A DNA stretch of 64,000 bases, from assembly GCF_009914755.1 (NCBI RefSeq), contig NC_060932.1. One strand, given 5' to 3'. This DNA comes from the human T2T-CHM13v2.0 reference genome, Homo sapiens. Below, piece after piece: positions 52,730-64,000 of the stretch. Position 1 is the stretch's first letter; every line of letters begins with the position of its first letter. The notes beneath the pieces were generated by a model. The model was not told the DNA's origin. It did not search any database and worked only from the letters and a program-made list of their open reading frames with translations. A program made the position numbers and the translations under genes.

Positions 52730-53260
52730 TTTTCTTAATTCTTGGAGGATGTCTCAGCTGAAGCATTTTTGCTTTTAAGTACAAGAAGATCCAGCTCACA
52801 CTGGGAATTTATTGACATTTAGCTGAAAAGCAGGAAGGCAGGGCTTCTGTCTGAGAGGCTTGTTCAATAGCTAGTGATGCCACCAAGTCCCTGCTCTCAA
52901 TCTATCTCTCTACTCTGCCTCTGATGGTCTCTACCTCAACTTGATGTTGACTTTTTTTTATGGCCCCAAGCTCTCTGCCCCCACCTCCTAGGGCTCTCCC
53001 ATTCTTCCTTATTTACATCCAGCAGAAAACCTGGATTGTCATTTTCCAGAATTCCAAGGAAAAGTTGTATAGTCAAATTGGACTGGATTATATCAAATGC
53101 TCATTTTATCATTCAGGGGAATGGAATGTTCTGATTGGCTTAGTGAAATCTGCGTCTTCCATACCTGGAGCTGGGGTCAGCTTTATAGGAGCTGTCATGA
53201 AAGAGTAGGGGGAAACTACTGAAGAGATGCTGAAGAGACCAACAGGAAGTCTCTACTAAA
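52730..53260 (-). mobile_element. Old MLT1 (L/M-like) LTR
   Basis: tgtctcagct...gggaatttattg...atggccccaag...ggggaatggaatgttctgattggcttag. Confidence 0.5.
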
Positions 53261-53379
53261 GATACTAAAAGTATTTCCTCGTCTCTAAGTACTTGGCTGG
53301 GGTATGGAGGGGAGGACTCACTGCATTTTGTCTCCATTGCCCATCCCTTTTTTTCCTTCCCCATCTGTCTGAAGTAAAG

Positions 53380-53835
53380 GACTGCCAATGAGGCCCAGAC
53401 CATAAACTTTAAGGGAAGTTGGGGGATGCTGGCTGTAGGAACTGCATCAACAGATTCATCTGTGCTTTGACTTAAAGTTGCCTTTGACCAGTAGGGAGTT
53501 CAGGGAGGAAACACAAGGGAAGGACAGGAGCGGGGTTAGGGAATTTTCTCTCCTGGCACCCTCTCTGTCAGCAGCACTTCTTTACCAAAGACCCCAGCTC
53601 CTGTTGGGAGGCATTCTCCATGCAGCTACTATCTGTGGATTCTGGTAACTTCTCCCTTCACCCCTTTGCTTCTTTGGGTGTGGGGGTGATAACTGCTCCC
53701 TGCTTTTGCTAGCCCATGGTTTCTGCACTATTTCCTGTTGGTTTCCTTCCTACACACAGTTTCATGATCACACTGTCACACATCCAGCGTGCATGTGCCA
53801 TTGTTTCTCGGCATGACCGATGCCTTCCTGATATA
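53380..53835 (+). mobile_element. ERVL LTR (LTR33/LTR41-like)
   Basis: ggaactgcatcaacag...accaaagaccccagctcctgttggg...tgtgccattgtttc...cctgatata. Confidence 0.55.
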
Positions 53836-55205
53836 GTCAGGGTTATTTTGTGGCAGGTTAAAAAATATGCCATCCTTTGCCTACATTCTCTTTGTCTCAG
53901 GGTCTTGCTTTCTTATCAATCTATTATTCTTTCATTGTGATCTTAACAACACTGTAGACTACAACATTGCAGTCTTAACAACACGGTACTTGACATAGCT
54001 ACAAGGCCACCACGTGTAGAGAATATGCTAGTCACCTTGCAATAATGGCTGGAACATGTGCAGTTATTCACGGCTGACTTCTAATGGTCAGCCAAGGTCT
54101 GTGGAATGAGTGGGTTGACTGAGCTGAGAGGATCAGTGACCAGATGGGCATAGAAAACACACATTTTGATATTTTAAGCATTGAGGCAGGGCTAAAGCTT
54201 GTACTGAAAGGAAAAGCTAGACAGCTCAAGTCAAGGATGGAGCCTCCGGTTTCTAACCTCAAGGGGCCTCCGGTTTTAACTGCAAAATGCACCATTTAAA
54301 AGAGCAAGACTTCCTGGCAGTTCCTGGTGGGGGTGGTAGGACTGGGGGAGGAAGGACAGGATGATGCTTGGGAAACCGTCAAACTCACTCAGCCTCCATC
54401 CCACAGAGCCCCATGGGCCCAAGCCCTAGCCCTGGGAGAGGTACCATTTCTCCCTTTGATGCTGGGTCCATTGTCACCAGAGCTCATTATCTGCTCAGTG
54501 TGAGTCACCCATGTCCTGCTCAGTGGCCCCCACACGCTGGAGCTGGAGGAGGCTCTGTGAGCCTTCCCAGCGGGAGGACTGGGAACAGGAAAGCCCTAGG
54601 CCTAAGACTCCTGGGATCCAGGAGGAACATTGGCTTTCTCTTTTCTGCTTTGTAGAGATGTGTGGAACAAGGGAAGGGAGAGGAAGGAGTGAGAGAGTGG
54701 GAGGAAGAGGAGCTGTCTGTCAGTCCCTGGGCTTCTGTCTCTGGAATGTTCAAGTTGCAGAGTGTCAGAACAGCAAGGGACCTGGGAGATCACATGGCCC
54801 CCGATTCACAGAGGAGAAAATCTGGCCCTATTCAGACCTATTCACATTGCATTAATTAGAGCCACAACCTTACCCTCCACTCTATGCATGTGTTGCTATC
54901 CTACTGGGCTAATCTCCTGGGTCTGTCCAGACCCCCCAGCCTGTCACCCCTGTTCCTGTTTGTTCTCCACCTCATCATGGTTGCCTCCTAACTGCATTCC
55001 CCACCCACTGCCCCCTCCAGCCCACACATCTTACTGCAGTCAAAGCACGCTAACATCAGATTCCCACATGCCAACTGTTTTCCTGCTCTCATGCTTGCCT
55101 AAGGTAAGTACTGGTCCTCATGTCAGAGCCTCTAGACTGGGATCTCCTAGAGGAAAAGCCTTGTTCCATTCATCTCTGTTTTCCAGTACCTGGCATGGGT
55201 TAAAC

Positions 55206-55395
55206 CAGTGGTTTTCAACTAGGGGCGATTGTGCACCCAGGAGACACTAAGCTGTGTCTGGAGACACTAAGCTGTATCTGGAGACATCTTTGGTGCCAGA
55301 ACTTGGGTGGTGACGCCGGCATCTAGTGGGTAGAGGTCAGGGATGCTGGTAAACATCCTAGGATGCCCAGGACTGCCCCTACAAAAAAGACTTAG
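55206..55395. mobile_element. MER20 with internal 20-bp tandem duplication (55240-55279)
   Basis: cagtggttttcaact...ggagacactaagctgt(g/a)tct twice...ggcatctagtgggtagaggtcagggatgctggtaaacatccta. Confidence 0.88.
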
Positions 55396-55397
55396 CA

Positions 55398-55706
55398 CCG
55401 TCTCCTTGCTGCTGTTCTTGTAATAGTGAGTGAGTGAGTTATCATGAGATCTGGTTGTTTAAAAATGTGTAGCAGGTCTCCCCACCTCTCTCTCTCTTCC
55501 TCCTGCTCCAGCCATGTGAAGTGCTAGCTCCCCCTTCACCTTCCACCATGATTGTATATTTCCTGACTCCTCCTCAGAAGCTGAGCTGATGCCCACTTCA
55601 TTCTTCTTGTACAGCCTGTGGAACCTTGAGCCAATTAAACCTCTTTTCTTTCTAAATTACCCAGTCTCGTGTATTTCTTTATAGCAACACAAGAACAGCT
55701 TAACAC
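55398..55706 (+). mobile_element. MSTA LTR, 5'-truncated
   Basis: atagtgagtgagt...gagatctggttgtttaaa...gagccaattaaacctcttttc...ttaacaca. Confidence 0.85.
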
Positions 55707-56028
55707 ACTCAGGTTTTCTCACTGTTTGAAGTCTCAGGAGTAAATTTAGAAAGATCCCTGAACTTGGTTGGAAGATCTGTGGACAGATTTGTGTCTGTCA
55801 CTCTTTGACCAAATTACTCGAACTTCATGTCATTTTCCTTATTGGTTAAGTGGAGATCATGTCAAAGTTGTGGTGAGGCATACAGGAGATAAGGCATGTG
55901 AAACTCTTATAATCCCTACAGCTCTATTCCCAGGTGTGGGGTTGGTATGATGGGTTGATCTTCGTATTCAATAGTGATTCCTGGTTATGCTGAGTAAAAT
56001 AAGCCAGACATAAATGAATACACATTGA

Positions 56029-56331
56029 GGCCAGGTACAGTGGCTCACACCTGTAATCTCAGCACTTTGGGAGGCTGAGGCAGGCAGATCACTTGAGGCT
56101 AGGAGTTCGAGACCAGCCTGGCCAACATGGTGAAACTCTGTCTCTACTAAAAATACACAAATTAGCCGGGCATGGTGGTACACACATGTAGTCCCAGCTA
56201 CTCAAGAGGCTCAGGCAGGAGAATTGTTTGAACCCGAGAGGCAGAGGTTACAGTGAGCCCAGATCATGCCACTGCACTCCAGCCTGGGCCACAGAGCAAT
56301 ACTCCGTCTCAAAAAAAAAAAAAAAAAAAAA
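56029..56331 (+). mobile_element. AluS (Sz/Sx)
   Basis: Dimeric Alu with A21 tail; TSD gaatacacattg at 56016-56027 and 56342-56353. Confidence 0.95.
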
Positions 56332-56393
56332 GGATGTAAAAGAATACACATTGGATACATACGATTCCACTTATATAAGGCTCCTAGAGTAGT

Positions 56394-56801
56394 TGATCTA
56401 GTTTGGATATTTGTTCCCACCCAAATCTCCTGTTGAATTGTAATCTTTAATGCTGGAGGTAGAGCCTGGTGGGAGGTGTTTGGGCCATGGGGACTGATCC
56501 CTCATGGCTCGGTGCTGTCTTTGTGATAGTGAGTTCTTGCGAGATCTGATTATTTAAAAGTGTTTGGCAGCTCCCCCTCCCCACCCTCTCTAGGTCTTGC
56601 TTTTGCCACATGACATGCTTGTTCCCCCTTTGCCTTTTGCCATGATTGAAATCTCCCTGAGGCTTCACTAGAAGCCAAGCAAATGCCAGCACCGTGCTTC
56701 CTGTAAAGTCTGCAGAACCGTAAGCCAATGAAACTTCTTTTCTTTATAAATTACGGAGTCTCAGGTATTCCTTTATAGCAATGAAAGAACAGCTGAATAC
56801 A
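56394..56801 (+). mobile_element. MSTA solo LTR
   Basis: tgatctagtttggatatttgttccc...gctgaataca; TSD gtagt/atagt. Confidence 0.9.
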
Positions 56802-57609
56802 ATAGTCAAATTCATAGCGACAGAAAATAGAATTGTGTTACCAGGTGCTGGGGGTAGGGAAAATGGGAAGTGAGTGCTTAAAGGGAACAGAACTTCAGTT
56901 TGAGAAGATGAAACTGTTATGGAAATGTGTGGTGATGATAGTTGCTTAACATTGTAAAAGTTCTTGATGCCACCGAATTGTACACTTAGAAATGGTTAAA
57001 ATAGTTAAAATTTATGTTATATACACATTACTACAATAAAAATTAAATTGAAAAACTGAGTTGTTTTTTCAAAAGGATTTGTGCATTTGGTCTTATAAAA
57101 TAGACTTGTTAATTCAACTTTTCATTTTAAAAATTAGGGTGTAAAAATGAAGAAGCCACATGACTGGCCTAAGGACATACATGCTAGGTGGGACCATAAT
57201 GAGAACAGGACCCTGCTTACGTGAATTCCAGCTTGCTGCTTTTCCCCTTGTCCCATGTGGATCCTCCTTAGTGAGTGGGGACCGATCTCCAGAGAAGCTG
57301 CCTGGGAAGGTGCTGGGACACCCTTTCCACTAAAGAGGAACCAAAGACAAATAAAAGGAATACTCACAAAGACCGAAACCAAGTCAATATGGCCTTTTGG
57401 GCATCAATGTACTTGCTCAACTAGTAAGATGCATTTGTTTTGTTTCATGTGGCTGCATCTGCACAAAGATGTTTGGATTAGATGAGTGACGGCCAGATGG
57501 GGCACAGCAGTTCCACAACAGCATGTCTGCCCACTGTGGTGTGGCACCCACACACTGTGGTGTGCTTTGGGCTTGGCACCCAAGTGTTTATAGAGCGAAT
57601 GCATAAATA

Positions 57610-57800
57610 AACCACATTGAATTGAAAGAGCTGGAGTCACACCTAGCATTGACTCTCAGGTTTGCTGCTTAATACCCGAGTCCTGGGTTCAAGCCACTTA
57701 CCCTTCTGAGTCTCAGTTTTCTCCTTTATAAAATGGGGATAAAAATGTGCTTACCTCACAGGTTCATTGCAAGGAGGAAGTACAGAATGAGATCATTTTA
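57610..57800 (+). mobile_element. MIR
   Basis: ctggagtca...tctgagtctcagttttctcctttataaaatggggataa...acctcacagg. Confidence 0.7.
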
Positions 57801-60245
57801 CAATAACTTATTTATTGATACGCAATTAGCAATAACAAGGATTAAGCATGGGTTCTCTACTCAAGACTCTTCTTTGTTCAACATGGAGCCGAAGATCCTG
57901 GTCTTCAAGGAGCATCCAGGCTAATCAGGGAGCTGCACTCACTATTCAGAGCTGACAACATTTGAGGATGATAAAAGGCCACATTTGCCCACGGCTGTCC
58001 AAGGTGGTGCAGAAACCACAGGACTGGGTTCTGGTTCTGTCTTTGGCTTTGTGATTTCTTAATTGTCAAGGGGGCATGATGTTCCTTTCTTCCCTCAGCC
58101 TTGCCCTCAGAATTGCTGGGATTTTCACAGGAGATAAAATCTACAAGATGGTTTTGTGTAGGGTAAAGCACGGTGAGGAATAAGCTGTCTTCATGTCAGG
58201 TGCTGGATGAGGGGGTCAGGCCACACCCAGTGTCTTTTGTGCCTTGTTTTTTGTGTTTGCAATGGTAGATGGGGGTCCATTCACTGAGTGGCTGGGGACC
58301 CGGGTGATACTGTTCCTCATGAGCTGATGTCCCTGGAATAGCAGTGTTTTCGAACTTCTCAGGAGAAAATCTCTGGCTGCTTGCAAGACAAGTCTATAAT
58401 TATAGTTTTTGATTCAGAAAGTAGAATAATGCAAGCTTAAAGTGGCGGGTGATGTGGGTTGGCACACCTTCGTTTCTTTCCCAGAAAGTCCTCAGCTAGG
58501 TACAACACACCTTTGATGAATGTACAGTAGTTTTTTCTTTACCTGATTTCGAAGACATCATTAATGCATTCAGAATATTAATTAATTCTATTTTCAGCTG
58601 TGGAGCATGAACCTGAAGCTAAAACTTTTCTGGCTGTTTCCCACCCCAAGCGACTTTTTTTTATCAGCCATCCTCAGCTTGGGTGCTATTAACACAGTAA
58701 GGCAATGACAATAGGAGGAAAAAGAACTCGCTGGGGTTGAGGGCCTACTATGCATGTGGTGCTCTATTAATGTTATTTAGACTCTCAGACACCCCAGAAA
58801 GTTGCTTTTAATACCACTGATTCAAATCGGGTAGCCAGAACTCAGGGCAGCTAGGTGACTTGACTAAGATCATGTGGACAGTGAGAGACTGGCCTGAGAG
58901 CCAGGTTCTGCTGGACACAAGGCCTGTGCCCTTTCCATTGCATCACACAGCCTCTGCAGCTGGCATGCGTGGATGGGTGGGGGAGGGAGTGGAGAGGATA
59001 TGGACCATGGGATGATCTAAATGAATGGCTGGCAAGAGAGACAAAGTAGAAAAGCACCCCAGACGGTCTGGGTTCAGCTGCTTAAAATAGGCAAAGAAAT
59101 TCTTTGGCTAATGCATAATCACCACAGGGATTAATGCAGTTCTGCTCCTTGGGGTTAATTTATACTTCATGAGCCCTATTAGATGAGATTTCTAAAATGT
59201 ATAATAGTACAAGGCTCGTTAGGGACTTTCATAAAAGCCTGGTATGGAGAGAAGAAAGGGAGCTTGGTGCCATGACACTGGCCCAGAATAACCCAGGCAA
59301 AGCTGCCTTTGGAGGCAGGTAAAGAAGTCGGCTTTGGACATGCAAGGCTGTGCCCCCAGCTCTTTCTGCCAGCAGAGACTCCATTCCTCCTGGGTCTTTT
59401 TAGCATTGAAGGGAAGCAGCAGGGGTGGAGAGCAAGGAGGTTGGGTTCTCATCAAATCCCAGAATAGAGGATCTAGGAGGACTTGGGTATCATCTTGCCC
59501 ACCCTTCTCTGCCACTCATTGATGGACAAGTGGAGAAACTAGGCCCCTGGGAGGCGAAAGCTCACTGTCGAGTGCCTTCTTCCTTCTCCTTTCTGGATAC
59601 AACTGAGCACCCTTCAGTTCTGTCAAATCATCCCTTCCTCCCACCCACTCCCCTTAATCAGTGCTGATCCTCAGGTGTGACTCGCTCAAGGAAGGTGCCA
59701 CTGATTCATTTGTTCATTCACCTATTCCTTCATTCATTCAGGATGAGTATACTTACCGCCTTATTACTGAGCATTGTGTTCAGTTTTGAAAAACGTAGTT
59801 GAACATAACACTCATTTGCCCTGAGAGAACTCAGTCTAGTGTGCAAAGCAAAGTTACAAACAATGATTTCTAAGTTTTCTTCTGGCCCTTTCTATTCAGT
59901 GAATGTCTGCTGCATAATTAAAGTATCTCCTAATTAGTTGCCTTCTCCAGTCTGTCTCTGTCTCTCACTTCAGGAAACGAGCTGTCAGATTAATCTTCTA
60001 GAAAAGAGCTCTGATTCACTCAAAATCCTCAGTGGTTTCCCATTGCCTGTGAAAAAATACAAACTCCTGCACCCCTTTGGATCTCAAATCCATCATATCC
60101 TGGACAACATGGAATTCTTGGTTGGCCCCAGAGCATGCCCCATGCCATGGGTTCTTGTTGGTCAATGAGCTTTTGCCTCTCCAGGCCACAGTTTATCCAC
60201 CTGGCAGGCTTCTTTCCCTGTCCCCTCATGCAACTCGGACCCACA

Positions 60246-60822
60246 TTTTTTAAACTTTAATTTTAGGTTCAGGGCTACATGAGCAGGATTATTATATAGG
60301 TAAACTCATGTCATGGGGGTTTGGTGTACAGATTATTTTATCACCCAGGTATTAAGCCTCGTACCCATGAGTTATTTTTCCTGATCCTCTTCCCCCTTCC
60401 CACCCTCTACCCTCTGATAGGCCCCCGTATGTGTTGTTCCCCTCTATGTGTCTATGTGTTCTTACTTCTCATCATTTCGCTCCCATTTATGAGTGAGAAC
60501 ATGTGGTATTTGGTTTTCTGTTCCTGTGTCAGTTTGCTAAGGGTAATAGCCTCTAGCTCCATCCATGTTCCCACAGAAGACATGATCTCATTCTTTTTTA
60601 TGGCTGCATAGTATTCCATGATGTATACGTATCACATTTCCTTTATCCAGTGGCATTTAGGTTGATTCCATGTCTTTGCTATTGCGGATAGTGCTGCCAT
60701 GAACACATGTGTGCATGTGTCTTTATAATAGAATTTATATTCCTCTTGGTTTTTACCCAGTAATGGGATTGCCAGATTGAATGGTAGTCCTGTTTTTAGC
60801 TCTTGGAGGAACTGCCACACTG
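60246..60822 (-). mobile_element. 5'-truncated L1PA13-16, inserted in an L2
   Basis: ttttaggttcagggctacatg...ggtaaactcatgtcatgggggtttggtgtacagattattt...ccagtaatgggattgc...aactgccacact. Confidence 0.9.
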
Positions 60823-61221
60823 TCCTCTCCTCCAGGAAGACTTTTCTGAACATTTTCAAGAGGGGAGATCCCTCACAGCTCTGAACTCTTCTCTGAAATC
60901 CGCTCAGCTTTTGGCTTTATAATCCTAGAATTCTTAGCTCATACTTAAGCCCTACATACCTTAGTTTCCTCATCTGTAAGATGGGAAACTAATAATGCCC
61001 TTGCCACCTGTGAGGACAGACTATAGGTGTGCCAGCTGTAGCAGCTCATCTGACTCAGCAAGCATTAGTTACTGGAGTAATTATTCCTGCTGTTGCTATG
61101 GAGCTTTCTGATTAGCGTCACATCCATTTATTGTTACACTTCGCAGCACCCGTAGGCTGCTCCTTCCATGTAAGCGAGACCTGGTATCTGGCTGTTAAAT
61201 GATACCAGTGTCATTTAAGAT

Positions 61222-61450
61222 GCTCATCCATTAATAGAAGAAAAGTGCACTGGTTGATGACTGTGATATCCTGGGTTCTGAGGACCCAGAGGGGAAGGAG
61301 GCACAGGCTTGCCCTCCAGCAGCTCATAGTCTGGTGGGAAGATAAACATGAAGCACAAAATAGGATGCACTGGGATGGGGTCATGGAAGGGACAGGATGG
61401 TGAGGGCCCTGGGAGCTCGAGCCGGGGACTCATTCTGCTTGGGAATAATG
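61222..61450 (-). mobile_element. L2 fragment
   Basis: gcttgccctccagcagctcatagtctggtggga...actcattctgcttggg. Confidence 0.55.
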
Positions 61451-62599
61451 ACAGTTACAACTAACCTAATGATAAGGTAAATGGTGGCTTTTTGTTACCT
61501 AAATTTGGCCAAACCTCCAGGGTTGAGAACAAGTGGTATTAAGTGGTTGCAGATCCTAAAAAATGATGATGGATAATTTATGAACTTACTAAGGTGTGGC
61601 CCCCAAATCAGTTCAAAAACCCTAACTCGTCACTTCCCTGAAGGGTAGGACAGAGTCACTGGGAAGTTGATCGGTAGGAAGGTGAGGGCTCTCTTTAGGG
61701 AGAATGTCACATGCTGGGAATTCCTGTGTCCTCCTCATGGGGCAGGCACGCAGGCTTTCCCCCACGTTATGCCTGGTAAGGGAGGAAGGGCTCCCTGAGC
61801 ACCCTGTGGAGAGCCCTGCCTCTGGTACTTGGAGGTAGGCGTGGTGCCTGGGAATAGAATAAGGGACATGTGGAGGATGCAGGGCCAGGGAGCCAGCTAT
61901 GGGCCCAGGCATGTCCTGGGATGGTCCCCTGGAAGCCAGGGGATGAGGACATCAGAAACCATGAGTGAGAAGTAGCATCACCCAAGCTATGGGACTGCAG
62001 TCATGGGTCCCCAGTGTATACATCTCCAGGCAGCTCACAAAAGAGCTCCATTTGGGAAGGGGTGAGCATTTAGACACCTGTCCCACCCATAGCACGTCCA
62101 TGCTGGATGGCAACTAGAGTCAAAGAGGACATTTTACGCCCCTTATCTCTCCTCCCAGTAGTCTCCCTCCATCTTCCCATCCAGGTCTGGAGGATCCAGC
62201 AGCCTCCAGGGTAGAGGAGGAAGAGAGGAGAGATAGTGACAGAGCTGGCACTGCTCTTTCTGCAGAACTGGTGTCTCAGCCGAGGACAGGTGGATATTTG
62301 GGAAGAGATGTTTTAAATAGGATGAGGCTTTCAGGTTTTGATGTTGGACTGGACTGGACATTTTAAAAGCTACAACATGAAATGATTTGTTAGTACCTAA
62401 GGACTGTCTGAGAGTCAGAGTCCTTTCCTCCCCCAAAACCAAGGAGTGAGTCAACCCCACAGGGACGAAAGGCAGAGGTGGGAAGAACAAAGCTGCCTTC
62501 TACATGTGCCCTGCTGCGGCTGGCTCTCTTGGCCACAGTTACACCCTCTTAGCGGGCACCTCTGATGCCACCCGCCGGGCTGGACATTCATCTGCAGCA

Positions 62600-62770
62600 G
62601 TTCACTTGATCTTCACACAACCTTGCAAGAACAGTCTAACAATCCAAATCTTCACATAATGGAGGAGGACAAAAGCCCAGAAAGGTTAAGTAACTTTCCC
62701 AAAGAGACACAGCAAGGAAGTGGTAAAGCTGAGTCTTGAAGACAGGAATGACTCCCATGCTCTGTTGTAC
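62600..62770 (-). mobile_element. MIR
   Basis: cacttgatcttcacacaacc...cagaaaggttaagtaactttcccaaagagacacagcaaggaagtgg. Confidence 0.7.
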
Positions 62771-64000
62771 ACACAGTGAGGAGGCAGAGGAGCAGTGAGC
62801 ACCCAGGGAAAAGCCACCCCTTCCCCCAGGCTCAAAAGATAACTTAGTTTTGACACAGGACATCAGAACAAAAAATGATTCCAAAGTGTTGAGCCAGAGA
62901 CTAGTCCCTAAACTCTTGGAGCAAATGGAGAAAAGAAGCCACAGGGAAGCAAATACAGAATTGTCAGGGGAGAACTCAGTGGGTGGGGGCAGGGTCCATC
63001 CTGCAGCAATTGCCTTGGAGACTTTTTCCATCTCCAGGGCTGGGACGGGGGAGGAGCCAGCATTTGAGGTTTGAGGGGCCCTCACATAGGTCCAGCTCCC
63101 TGTTTATTTACCATTCCTCTGGGAGGTCAAATTGTACCATTCCATTTTGGTAGAAGAGAAAAGGGGACCTTAGGAAGGATGGAAAGCACACCCAAGGTGA
63201 CACAGGTATTGAGAAACACAGCCCAGATTTGAACTCTGGTCTGTCTGGCTCCAAAGCTGGTGCCCCACCATTCAGGGGGAGGAAAGAGGGCCTTGTGGCT
63301 AGCTCAAACTGCCCCACTATCAGTGACTTTAACAGCAGGGTTGCTTCAGCAAAATAGTGACTCAGAAGATGGGAGAGAGATGGGCAGGCCCCGTAGACCA
63401 GCCTGACTCCTGGGAGCTCTGCCCTCCTCCTTTTGTCTTCTAACCTGGGAGGTTAAGTAACCTAAGGTCACAGGGCAATGAAGAGGCCAAGCTGCAATGG
63501 GAGGGTCTCTGACTGACTTTTATTCACCAGTAAAGTGAGAATGATAACCCCCTCTCCCTTAAGATTAAATCAAATGTGGAAGCAGAAGTGAGCTATGCCT
63601 TAGAATGGTGGAGTGAGATGGATGCAGAGATTTGGATGTGTTTGGAAGGAGGGTGGGGGCCCTTGGCCTTGAGGTCTGCAGGGTCTCTGCTCAGAGGAGA
63701 GACAGCAGCACCTCCTCCCCTGGAGTCCTTTTCTCTTCAACGCAGTGAGCTTGGCTTGGCAGGGGATGGGGGAGAGCAATTTCCAGGGATTTTCTAGCAC
63801 TTCACTGAAGTGCTTTTAGGCAAAGCAGCAGCTGTTCACACTGATACTGTAAGCATTGGAGAACCCAAGTGTCAAAGCCCGAGAGAGCAGAGACAGAAGA
63901 AAAACTGCTGGAGAAAGATGCAGCTGAGCAATTCAGTCATTTCAGAGCCACTGAGTCAAGCACTGCAGTTTGAGGTGGCTGGAAAGTGAGGCTTCAGGGG

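Larger units (their letters stand above)
55985..57050 (+). mobile_element. L1MB 3' end, interrupted by AluS and MSTA
   Basis: ttatgctgagtaaaataagccagaca...gattccacttatataagg...gtcaaattcatag...gaattgtacacttagaaatggttaaa. Confidence 0.85.

Noticed and set aside
38280-55110. Isolated donor-like sites (cag|gtaagg ~38310, aag|gtaagt ~55104)
   Set aside because: No consistent chain of acceptor, open frame and donor; non-coding exons cannot be called or excluded without transcript data.
54762-55250. 162-aa Pro/Ser/Cys-rich ORF
   Set aside because: It runs through L2 and MER20 relics; the composition reflects pyrimidine-rich DNA.
62636-63085. 149-aa minus-strand ORF
   Set aside because: It ends in a MIR, has no recognisable homology, and its length is within chance for GC-richer DNA.

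Overview
Primate (human-like) non-coding DNA, intergenic or deep-intronic. It is CpG-depleted, has no CpG island, and I find no supportable protein-coding exon. Roughly half the window is recognisable interspersed repeat: nine Alus, L1PA/L1M fragments, many L2 and MIR relics, hAT/Tigger MITEs, MaLR/ERVL LTRs, a full-length THE1 provirus and an LTR10A fragment. The only gene-derived sequence is an old RPL23A processed pseudogene on the minus strand (~6.6-7.1 kb), which the ORF track misses. The longest ORF (293 aa) is the MaLR internal ORF of the THE1, which is unusually close to intact. Several repeat-free, motif-dense blocks look like candidate enhancers. I see no evidence for a new biological system; the findings are modest TE-evolution and regulatory leads. 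Repeat subfamily names come from recalled consensus sequences, and boundaries of old repeats are approximate.
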